In this document: positions 13,703-25,549 of the stretch, one piece after another
Layout: each line of letters starts with the position of its first letter
Numbering within the stretch: the first letter of the stretch is position 1
NCBI GenBank assembly: GCA_050084515.1
Contig: CM114271.1
Coordinates: forward strand, 17,174,001-17,238,000
DNA length: 64,000 nt
Direction of reading: 5' to 3'
DNA from: Blasia pusilla
Taxonomy: Eukaryota
Position numbers and translations under genes: made by a program
The notes under the pieces: model-generated
Seen by the model: the letters and a program-made list of their open reading frames with translations, nothing else
Told to the model about the DNA's origin: nothing
The model's database searches: none

Positions 13703-14029
13703 CTATACTTCTTCCCAATGTTCCTTCATGATCTGTTGGAGTTCTCTGGCTTTTGTCATGACTACAGGCAAACACTAATCCCACCCAACAATATTTGGAT
13801 AACTCGCAATGATTTACTATGTCAATAGTAGGATATATTGACCGGTAAAATATATGCAAATTATACCAAACATGGTATGTGAATGCTCCAATAACAAACT
13901 TAGAACACTCACCATAAACAAGAAAGATCAATATGTAACCTAGATAAGCAAGATACTTTAACTTATTAGGGTTATCCAATGGAAAAATATATTCTCACTT
14001 ATCAAGTTTAGCTATCTATGGAGAAAAAG

Positions 14030-14032
<3 letters not shown>

Positions 14033-14094
<62 letters not shown>
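14033..14094. repeat. (GA)31 microsatellite
   Basis: Perfect GA run read directly from the sequence. Confidence 0.98.
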
Positions 14095-14097
<3 letters not shown>

Positions 14098-14514
14098 AGG
14101 GAGGAATGAGATTGTGAGGGTATACAAAAAATGAGCAAGTTTATATAGGGGAGGATGGAAGGAAGATAATGAACCGTGGTAATTCCCCAAATAAACTACC
14201 CCAACTTACAATTGATTATTAAACCATCTCCACTAATTTTCATTTAACAAACCTTATTTTGTTCTCCTATTAGATTCCTTTTTGATCTATCCTAACTTCG
14301 TTACCTACTCTAAATTTCCAACAAACCTATTTTGCAATACAACAATCCTATTCAAATCTATTTTAACATTCTCCTTCCTACTACTATCCCCAATTCTTCA
14401 ATTACTCTCATTTCTAACTAACATATTCTCTACAACAACAACCCAAGCTACTCCAACCTCTCAAGCCGTCAATCATCCTACCCTTAGAAAATCCCATTTA
14501 ATTCCCCACTAGAA

Positions 14515-15042
14515 TCAACGGGCCCGCCCACAACCCCTTAGCCCACACGGCCCTAGCCCTAGCCCTAGTCCGCCAAGCCTATGCGCGAGCTTCTAGGCTT
14601 GCGCTTAACCCGAGCGCAGGATTCAGGGCCCGGGCCTAGCCCGCACGCGGGCTCAAGGGCCCGTGCCAAAAAAACCCTTGCTCGCGACCGGTTTTCCATG
14701 TCTGTGGTCATGTCCGGACATGTGCAACCTTGCATGCGGGCCCATAGAGCCCGCACAGACATAAGTCCACGGACAAGGACTTTTTCTGCATGCAACCTTG
14801 ATAGGCCCGCCTAGCCCGCCCGCAAGCCCGCACCATGCCCGCTCTCAACCCGCAAGGCCTGTGAGGGAGTCCGCCCTCAACCCGCGTTCCGCCCATTGCC
14901 CGCCTTCAGCCCGCACCCTTTATCCCAACCCGCACCTGTTCCCGCGGGCGAAGCCTACGCGGTCGATTCGAGCACTTAACAAACCCGGGTTGGTAACCGG
15001 TTTTTTCATGTATGTCGACATATCCGTGTGTGTGCAACCTTG
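14515..15042. mobile_element. GC-rich hAT terminal region with three stacked TGCAACCTTG ends
   Basis: TIR motif ends at 14732, 14800 and 15042. GCCCG/GGGC-rich subterminal repeats resemble the MITEs. Lies 5' of the minus-strand transposase remnant. Confidence 0.6.
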
Positions 15043-17010
15043 TGTGCATAGATAAGAACTCCCAAAGGAGAAGGTTTTTTTTTTCTCACCCTAATAGGAT
15101 GTGTAATGTGGGGGGCTACCAAGCTTGTATGACTTCAATCGACCATCCTTAGAGTGCCCACCACATTTATGGAGGTACCCTTTGACACCCTAGGGGACGT
15201 TGATTTGACAAATATGAATTAGTCCAGGTTTGTTATATGGAATATTAATTTTTGGATCACTTTTGCATAATTGATAAAAAAAAATAAAGAATTTCAGGAG
15301 TGACGGTCAAGAAACCGTTTTCCCGGCCGTTTTTCCTAACAGAAGACTTCCTTTTCCGTGGGCCCTTACGTAGGTCCCCAAATTAAAGTAAGTAAACATA
15401 AAATAGACGTACCTGCACCGTAAGGGATCTCAAGAAGTCTTGACTTCATGCTCTTTTAATACGAGACATTAGAACTTTCTATATTATTTGAAAAAAAAAT
15501 CTAGATATTTTGGGAAAGAATTCCAACGGGTAAATTTCATGAAATGTACGGCCGAAGTACGCGTGGGGTCATGTTTGTTTTAACTCAGACCCCTATTAGG
15601 GCGTCTCATTTGGTTTGGAGTTACGGCCAATATCGTAAGTTCCTGTTACGGGAAAGGAACCGCGTCCCTGGGGCTCGTCCCCCAAAAGAGGATAGAGGAC
15701 AAAGTCCTCTCCCCGGACCCGCGATGCAAGCTAGAGATAGGCCACAGGTACGATTGTAACCCCACCCATCGATCGGCTCCCTGCAAGTGGTCGGTCGCAG
15801 ACGGTCCGAACGATCGAGCAATCGCAGTGGTTGTTGTCATGTGGAGCCAGTTGCTGTCATGCCGGTAGCTCTCTCGGGGATCGTACGGCGTCCAGAGCTG
15901 GTGACGGATTTCAGTGGATGATGGAAGGAAGTACGGAGGGAGTTACGGAGTCAAGTCGCGCTTTGGGTCATCGTGATCGATCATGATGGATCGATCGATC
16001 ACGAGGGAAAGAAGTCTTCTCAGGGCCCGCAGCGATCGGCCGCAGAAGCAGTGCCCGGGCAGCGCGCGAAGAATAATTCTGAACACGGTCTCCCTGAGGT
16101 GTCCGAATCCTTGTGGTTTGGTCGGGTTCAGACAAGCGCTCGCCCGGACGTTCCTGGTGGGGTCCGTCACGGCCGGCTATCAACTCCACGACGGGGCCTA
16201 ATCCAGCCGCCTGCCGGAGGGTCCCGCGGCACCCAACCCCAAGGGCCGATGGTTATAGTTGACGGAGGGTCAATACTCAAGATAATGAATGGTGCAGACA
16301 GCTTTTAGAAAGACTTCACCTTTGCACGAATACACGTACAAGCACACCCTCCAATCCGGGGACTCGGTCCTTACAAAGGGACCCAGAACTGCTCATGAGA
16401 CAAGAGAGAGAAGGAGCGCGCGATGACGGGGGTACGTTATGACATCGGGATCAGTTACGTTGAATGCACGACTACGTACGTTCACCGAGTTCCGTCGCAT
16501 TTAGAAGCCGTGTAGGCAATGAAGAGGGAAGCGAAGAATCGGGGCGGTGATCGAGTGCCGATCGTGACCTCGGTCGGTCCATCGAAGTAACCGTCGGTCG
16601 ATCGATGGATCAAGTAAGTAGTCCCGACGATGCATCCGCCGACGGGAGTTCCCCACCCTGGAAAGATTACCCTCCCCCGCAGTGCCTCCGTTTCGTCCTA
16701 ACGACGGATGTTGGAAATCGCTCAGCGATCGCCCGCGAAGAGTAAGAATTCCCCCGCCATCGCCGACGACTTCAATGAGGAGATCTCGAGCCTAAGAAAT
16801 CGATGCCGGCGTCGAAAGTGCGTAGGATTCACCTAATGTACAACCTGAGCCGTGCTGGGCCCCGGCCTCCCTGTGCTGTTCGATTTTAACCAATCCCGGG
16901 TTTGTGCCATGGAGCCCGGCCCACCGACCGCAATTTGCTCCCTAGAGGTGAAGGTACCGGTGGTTGGAGCAGGAGCGAGCATTGATCGATACCACTAAAT
17001 TGAAGGCGAG

Positions 17011-20000
17011 ATGGGCGTTACAGACTTGCTGACGCGGGCGGAATTTCTATGTAAGAAGTACGAGAAGTATGATCTGGACAAGAAGGAGGGCGTGGAGGTT
17101 TCCAAACATGATCGCTTTCTTGTCCTCTATACGAGTATTCAGGCAGACATCGACGCTGCAATGCAAGTACGCGCGCTCTCCCGATCTCCGAGGCCATCGA
17201 TGGATCGAGATGTAGAGCTCTGCCGATGACCTAAATAATTAACCGTCACGATGAGAGAATTTGAGGGATGACGCACGACAATTAAGAGCGACAGATTTCT
17301 AATCGGTTTCATCCTTGGCGTGCTTCTGCAATCTCATACCCTCCCTCACCCCTCCCCTAAACTGAGCGTCGGTTACATTGCTAAAACATGAGCGTTGATT
17401 TCTGATCCACACTCTTTCGTTGCCAGCAATTGCTTGCGGCCGGGAAGTATATGTGTGGCATCGATCTCTCTGGAACTATGCGAATTCGATCAATGTTTTC
17501 CAGATTGACAGAAGGCGGGATTTCTCGTCACGTCATAATTATGAGCAGTTGCATGCGACTGTTATAATGGGATCGAAATCGGACGTCATCATCATGTCGT
17601 ATCTTCGGGGTGATCGATCGATGTCAGAAGTGGACACATATTAGCTTCCCTCCATAGCAATTCATGTGGCAGCCTAGCTGCATGTGGACAGCTTAGCTTC
17701 AAGACCATGAACATAGACCGATAGCATCGGCCGTTTATTTATATCATGTACCGTTACTGTGGGGCCGAAAGACTTTCCTGGGATGTGAATGTGACGAGTG
17801 TTTTCTCGTTCGGCAAGACTACTGCACACATCCAGATGGACTCCCCCCACCCCACCTCACTGGACTTCGTGGAGGTAGAGATCGAGAGATGGTGGATCGA
17901 TCGGTGTGACCACTTCATTCGTAGAATATTTTGCGTAGCTCTCCAGCGCCGAGTGACCTTCAGGATGTGGCTAGGTTTACAGTTCAGAACATGGCCCGGC
18001 GTCTGTCACGTTGCGCTTCCATGGGAGCACAAGAATCGGCGAGAGATCGAGGCCTACCTGAAAAATCTGTCAGTGCAGGTAGGTCAGATGCTCAATCGAA
18101 CACTTTCACTCTCTGTTCGTATGTCGATCTTGGGGGAATCGAAACAATGAATTTTTACTTTTACTTTCTATTTGATTTCAGTGCGATTCCTCGGGGTAGA
18201 GTCTCAAGGACCTGTCCATGATCCATAGGAAACGATCCATCCGCGTTCCTCTCGCTCGCTCGCTCGCTCCAACCGAATTGGCAGTTTCAAGAATCCCAAT
18301 TCGGTTGATTGTGATTCCATCATTCCGGAGGCGAAGCGGCTGCCTTTGGATTGATCTGGTCGAAGGAAAGATTATTTATCACTTGACGTAGAGCATCTTT
18401 TGAATGCGACTTTCGAAGTCCTGCTGCATGCTGCAAGCCAATTCATCTCAAATGCAATATGCTCCGAAATGTAAGCACATATAGTTCGAATCCTCAGTAC
18501 ATGCAGTTCAATTTCTAGTTCGAAGAGCGGTGTAGGGAATGTGGAGCCATCGTTGATACACGACGTGCAGTGAGGCATGGGACAGGTATAAGGAGCGACG
18601 TGGTGGTCGTTCTTACCTTTAAGCGAATTCGATACTTGTTTACAGTTCAAAAGGGTGGATTGTCAGATAATCATCAACGTTGTGATCTTGGTGAGATCTA
18701 GCCTTCGCTGGTGATGGGCCCAGAGTTCATGAACATGGAGCTTTATTTTCTCCTGGAGTCCATTTGCTAGCTAGCTTGGTGATCAGGTTGATGGATCTGT
18801 CGGTATTTATGCATGGCAAATGATGTTGTGAGTGCAGAAAGCAGCTGACGCCTCCATCGAAAAGAATAGAGCAGTGGTTGCCACCTTGAATGCCGAAGTG
18901 CGACGCGCCAAGGCGACTCTGAAGGAGCAGATCCCAAAGCTCGAAAAGTATGCCACCAAAAAGGTCCGTCGTCTTTCCCCGAGCTTCATTCAACGTGCTG
19001 TCCATGTCCTGATTGACTTCTCGATCGGTGTCGGTGAAGTTCAACCTGGAGCTTTCTGTCTCGAATTAACTAATGGACACCGATCTTTCGGCTTCGAAGC
19101 TCACATGGATTGATTGTCGAAATTTCGGTTTCCATATCTATATCTATATATGTATATTCGTATATTTATATATATCATCCGTGGTCGATGCTTGTGCATG
19201 GGGAACCAGTAGCGTTGGAATTCTGAAAGCATCCACTTCCCCCTCCGAAATTAAATATTGGCACGTTCTTTGAGAGCAGGACCGCGATGATCCGGTCTCA
19301 TGCTCTCACCCTGGAGAGTGATAGTTGCTAGGTACCTGAAGCTCTAGCGTGCTGGTTTGATACGTGTATAGGAAACAGCGTCGTCGCAAGTCTCAGGACT
19401 AGCCAGCCGTTGTGTTTCCATCCACGAATCCTTCGTCTCTCTCGCTTAGATCTGTCTGTCTGCCGGACCCATGTACATGTTTCCCTGGCAGGCGCACGAA
19501 TTGCTCGGGAGGTCGGTAGGTTGCGTTGGGCTGGGCACGCCGCGGGATCCAATCATCCAACAGATCTGCCCAGTCCACACGTGTATCTAGTCTAGATCTG
19601 CAGGCATTGGTTGTGCCATGTTTCCAAACTTCTCCAGCCGCTCCCGGGAAAAGAATGCATAGAAAATCTTCCGGCTCTATTCGGATCCATCCGCGCCTAT
19701 TGGTGAGCAGTCTCCTTGGCCCACTAATATCTCCTAGACTAGCCGTGATATTGAGTTGGCTGGCTGGCTGGCTCGGTGCGACGCACCGGGTTCCATACTT
19801 TGCAGTTGTGAATCTCGACGTCTACTTCTCACTGTCTAGATGGCTAGATGCTTCCTGCAGGTGGACATGTCTCTTTTGCCGCTTCGCTTTTTGAGACCCC
19901 CCAAAGACCGCTCTGTTTTGTCCGTTCCGGCCATCAGCGCTTAGCTTTAGGGTGCGCGCAGATCCGATCCTCTTCGATTTTCGAGCTTGAGCTCCTGCCC

Positions 20001-23000
20001 TCCTGAATCCATCTTGTCACCCGGGGTTTCCTGCCGCGGAACATCCAGAGGGAACATGGCATTGACATCGTAGTAATTGTACAGGTCGTGCACATGAATG
20101 CTAGACAGTCCGCTTCATTGCTTCGTTCTAGCTGGCGTGCTAGCTTTTTTAGGGGGTCAACCCTACTCTTCCTCTGGGTAAAGGAAAAAGGCCCCGAATG
20201 ATGATATGTTTCTGAGACACATGCGGTCCAGCGATAGAGAGAGCGATGGAGTTCGACGACCAGACGCACTTTAATTTGTTAAGAGACGGACTTTGGAGAG
20301 TTAAGCTTCGAAATTACTACTATCCGTGCCGTGGAATGTGAATTATCTGATGTTCCGAAGGGGTCCTAGCTTCGATCACGATCAATAATTGCACGCGTGT
20401 AGGTTAAGGGGGTCACTCCGGAGAGCCTCGCTTTACGTCCGGATATGGTGCTGAGCATCACCGCGAAGATCGAAGAAATCCCAGAGGGCACTGCCGCTAC
20501 ACGAAAGGCTAAAATCAACAAAGGGAAGAAGGGCAAGGAAGTGGAGACGATCAAAATAGATGCTGTGAGTCCGGGTATGTACGGCATTTCCCTGATATTT
20601 GTGCATCCATATTTCATCTCGCAATAATGCGACTGCACATCTGTGATCTGTCTACCCGTGAGGAACATTATACCCATAGATCCTACGTGTGTGGAGCTGG
20701 GTTGTATAGATCTATGCTGATTGCGAATTTAATGGAATACATTCCGCAATCCCCAATCGTTTAGAGTCAAGTCCTTCGCGGACTCTCAAGAAAGCAAGTC
20801 ATCAACAAGCCCTTGAGCGCTTCCCTAGCGCGAGGATCGAATCAGCATATGAACTTTACTTTACGATGACTAAGAATCAAAGCTTCACTGAACTAAGAAG
20901 TAATCAGTATTAAGGTCCGCACCATCGGCCGCTTCATTTACTTGCGCTAGCTGGAGAACCTCGTCGAGACGCTGCGAAGGTAGGGCAGCATCGGCGTGTT
21001 TACTGGGACCTGAGGCGATATGGGACGGGCGGGTACGCAGAGGACATAATCCGCGCTGGACAGGCAGGAAAATCCAAAGAGTCAGAAGCGTTTGGGCAGG
21101 AGGTTGATCAGCGAGCTAAGAAACAGGTCCGAGAACTTTGGAACCTGGTCAATTAATGAACATTACTCCAGATCGTCGCTTCGGAAGGAAAATGTCGATT
21201 GATGATGCAGTGAATCGTTGACCCACCTTCTTGCTTCCGTATATTCTCGGGGTTCAAATTAGTACCTTTGAAGATTACAAGCACTTGCAGTGAAGGAATT
21301 CAATGGTTCACGTCAATCTGATCCAGATGAAGATCGATCGAGCTGGTCAACTTTCACATAGTTGTTGGCCCCGGATGTCGTCGTAGCTAAAGCTTCAGTC
21401 ACAGTCTATATATGGGCATCGCTCGAGTCAATAGCTCAGCTTGTCTATGATCCAGAAGTGTTTCGCTGTGCATTGATTGATGGATGTATTTGTGGATCTT
21501 ACCCTTTGAGCTTCCCTCTGGCTGCAGGATGAGAGTCTAGAAATGATCTCTGAAGGTCTCACGACACTTGGGAACATGGCGCAAGACATCAATGAGGTTC
21601 TCCTAGCTCTTCAGGCGATCCTGTTTCTTGCGTCCATTCGTGCGGAAAGTTAACGCTCGGTGACCTTTGCACATGGTTTAGGTCTGTTCAGCTCTTGCGT
21701 AATCAGGCGAGTGATAATAGAAGGACTTCTATCTAGCGACTGTGAAAACTATAGCACTCTCAACTATCACATCTGTTCAGCCGTTCCTCGCTCTGAGATG
21801 GAGCTGGAGCTGGAGCACTCGGCCTCGCCTGGATGCATCGCTCGGGAGAGAAACAAGGTCCCAACGATAAGTACGTACTGTGCGTTCTGACATACAGGGC
21901 TTTTCAAATCAGTGACATATGAACGTACTTGTGTCCATGTGCAGGAATTAGATAAGCAGGTTGCTCTAGTGGACGAGATCGACTCAAAGGTAACTTATTT
22001 TGCAAATCTCTTGAGGTAATTGAATCTGCTCCAGTGATTTCGTGCGTTAAGTGCTTGAGTCAGCTCGATCGGGACTCCACAATAGATCTCCCTCGGTCCG
22101 ACAGTTTCAGATGCTTTAGCGGATCTAGTTCAACTCGCACTGTCTCGAATCGAACGATCGTCGATCTAGATACTTCTCGGTAGATCGGCCTTGTGACTCC
22201 AAGGAACCGTGATGCCAGGTTGACAAGGCGCAGACTGAAATGAGAAACACAAACACAAGGCTCAAGGAGACTTTGACCAAGGTGCGTCTCAATACTCGAT
22301 CTTCAAGGCCGAAGAAGGAAAAAACCCTAAACACTGAAAATTTGCTTAGATTTCTGGCTGACATGATATCGGCTTTCCAGTCATGAAGGAAAAATACTAA
22401 TTATCCGAGTGACCTATTGATATATTATTGTCACAAATTCATGCGTGCACTTATCTATGGTATGGGTCTTGGAGGCCTGTGCACTCATTCTTGGGCTGAC
22501 AAGCTGCTGTTACTGAAGTAATCATGAGTTCTGGAACCGTTTCTTGCTAAATAGTGACGAGGGCACAAATTCTGTCATGAGCAGTTGCGCTCCAGTCGAA
22601 ATTTCGTCGTGGACATCATTTTACTGATCATCATTCTATCGATCGCTGCGTACTTGTACAAGTGCGTGCTCAAGATCATTAAAACCCTTTCGTGTTCTCT
22701 CTTCTTCTGAGGTTTCACTGTCAGCTGTATGTCTTTATCGAGAACCTCGGAATCGATACAGACACAGCGTTGATTTAAAGTACGTATATAGGTATATAGC
22801 TAGCTGGCTAGCATCTTCAAGAGCTCCCGGGGAGAGACTGTTCTTCGTCCGATCATATCATTAATTTGATGGTCTCAAAAGGAAGAATCTATGATGAATT
22901 TCCATTTAATCGACCGGAGCACATGGACGGGTTCCTATCCGATGTTGGACTAGATTTGGGCGGCCCGAAGCTAATTCATCACTTTGGAAAATGTCTCTGC

Positions 23001-23065
23001 GCTGATCGGACCGATACTTTCGCAGGGTGATCTCGTCCAAGAAGAAGGCTGCTGCGGCATCGTAG
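17011..23065 (+). CDS. SYP7: SYP7-family Qc-SNARE syntaxin (SYP71-like), 9 exons, 277 aa
   Basis: Exons 17011-17166, 18838-18963, 20403-20574, 21041-21126, 21528-21596, 21945-21989, 22219-22281, 22585-22661, 23026-23065. All introns are GT-AG and phase-consistent; 834 nt total. Protein MGVTDLLTRAEFLCKKYEKYD...EKNRAVVATLNAEVRRAKA...DESLEMISEGL..LGNMAQDINEELDKQV.LVDEIDSKVD...LRSSRNFVVDIILLIIILSIAAYLYK matches the SYP71 pattern with a C-terminal TM helix. Confidence 0.93.
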
Positions 23066-23596
23066 GCCGAAATCAACGCAGAAGACAGATCTCTGGAGTC
23101 TGGATGCAGTTCGCTTGGGACCATAGTCATAGACCAGTCGCTATCGATCCTTGGACTAGGAGAACGAAACGCGCGCTGGCCCACTCGACGGACCGATCCG
23201 CGGTGGGGTACGTACGCACTTCCGCGCGAAATTGCAAGCGTTCCCTTAGACTTTTGAGAGCTTTGGTCTGCCTGACGTCATGAATGCGTGCAATCGTAAA
23301 TGAGCATCTCTCGTTACTGCCGGACGCTTTTCTTATGGAGGCTCGCTCGTCCAGCGACGCAGAATGATCAATGCCTGCACCTGCTCGCCCATTATGAACG
23401 CAACTTTTCGCCGATGTGCTGCGGACATGTCATCGCTTGCTTAAGCCAGTCAGCTTGAATAATCGATTCAGCTAATTCCTGGAGGATTGATGGGATTGGA
23501 GGGAGCCAAGGGCTCCGAGAAATGTCACACTCGATCCACCGTCTGCGATGTGCAAGAGCTGGGAGAGCTACACCTCATGCGAACCGAGACGTGGTG

Positions 23597-23637
23597 TAGT
23601 AGTAGTAGTAGTAGTAGTAATAATACTAGTAGTAGTG
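23597..23637. repeat. Imperfect (TAG)n microsatellite
   Basis: GTAGTAGTAG... run with short interruptions. Confidence 0.8.
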
Positions 23638-25549
23638 GTATACACGTGGATTCACGGTCATCGGAGGGAATAGCTCGAATCGAATAGAAACATGATACTG
23701 AGCAACAAAAAGCCCCTGCAATTACGTTGACGACGCGTGTCTGAAAATGTCGGACCCGATATGGTCGCCGAATTTAATCTCAGTTGAGAGTTTATATATG
23801 AAATGAAAATACCTGTCGCCGAGACCTAGTGCATAAACTCACGCCATCATAACAGGTCGTTAACGACGGTAACTCGATTAGGCAACTCGAAATTCTAAAT
23901 TCCCTCTGAATCGTGAAGGGAATTAGTCAAACCTGAGGATTTTGTCGTCGTCATTTTAGGCGGAGATATTCTGTCACTGTTGGGCTTCGTTTCCGGCTCG
24001 CGATTGGTCGCCTGAGGGATGGAATTCTTTCCGGAATGCCAGTCCCATGACCTGTTACTTCATCCCGCTCACAAATTCAAGTTCTAATATTTTCTCGTGG
24101 TATTAAATTATTTTCTTGCTGTCAGATTAGACCACCTGTCACGTAGAAGCTATCCTCCCAATACATTAGTCCATCCACCCCCCAGCGTGCCATGGCGGAA
24201 TAGAATAGGTTTTAGGTAAATTTCGTTATTTAACTACTAGAATTATGTTAAAATTATTCTTATTTATTTATGCGTATATCTTCCACTTGACATGATTGGG
24301 AACGGCGGGTGCGAAGAAAGAGGAATGAGATGTTTGACAATGATGACAACAAACTACGAAGCCCAATGCATCGCGAATCTACGTCCGGGGAGGTTCTGCC
24401 CCGGCACCGATACCGTCCCAGTATTCATACCGTCAGACGGTAAGTTTCGAAGTTCACTCGGTTCCGGCCGGCTTTTGACACGAAGAACGACTGGCTCGCA
24501 TCCCGGTTTGTACCGGCGATTCGGAAAGAGAAAGGTCGACCGTCGAGATCCACACGTAGCCCCCCCGGTTCTCTCTCCGGACATCGCCGGCGACAGCAAA
24601 TTGCTACAGAGACAGAGCTGACACTCCAGGTTTACAGGTGAAAGAGTCAGATCTTCCACCTGGGGCCGCAGAGCTTATCATATTTTGATGATTACTCTCA
24701 CACCCTCTGTCAGCCGGCCAGACAGCCAGAGCGTGCTCTTCCGCTCCGTCGTAGACGTTCGAGCCCGTCCGCTAGCTCTAATGGAATGGAACATCCCACG
24801 GCATCAGATCCTGAGGGATCGATCGAGATCGAGACGGCGTTGTTGCTCATCGCGTGTGTTTTGCGCGCGGCGATTTCGGTCGGCATGTGCTGTCTGTCTG
24901 CTTCCCTCGCCAGGGAATAAACATATCATATATATACATATGTAGAAAAAGCATGGGAAACCCATCGCGATACAAAGAGGCCCAGAGGCTGCTTCCCTCG
25001 CCAGGTTCTAGGAGCCAAGCTCCCGTCCCCGTCCCAGCCCCCTACCGATATCTCATGAAAGAACTCCGAGAGAAAGCTGCAATTAACGCCGCTCGATCAT
25101 GACGCTTCGCGGTGACAAGGCTGGTGACGCTATTACGTAAAGAAAACGAGGATATGCCACCGCAGTCGACCGAGATCGCTGCAAAGACTAGGCTCCCATG
25201 CGATTCATACATAAGAGCGCCACTTTACATGTGCAAGATCCTAAACGGTCGTCTCCTCTCACCCGTCATCGGCATCGGCACACCGACCACAATCAACCGA
25301 TACTCGTGCGGGAAACGACAACGCTGAGCGCCATCTTTCGAGCTTCTTTCCCGTGCTACAGTAGCCGTATCCGGAGGAGACCTTCGGTCCACACATCAGA
25401 GGTAGCGTAGGAATAAAACATATACATACGGTAATGCCATACGGTGATGGAAAGATATTCATATTTTTGCATTTTGGGGTGATTTCTAAATTAGGCACGT
25501 GACAAATTTTATTATGAAAACATATTGAAAGATGACAAAGAAAGTTACA

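Noticed and set aside
15544-16308. Short ORFs upstream of SYP7 as an extra gene
   Set aside because: No homology or consistent splice structure; more likely the GC-rich promoter or 5' UTR region of SYP7.
20564-20570. Consensus-looking donor GCT|GTGAGT in SYP7 exon 3
   Set aside because: It is out of phase with the exon 4 acceptor at 21040; the donor at 20574/20575 keeps the frame.
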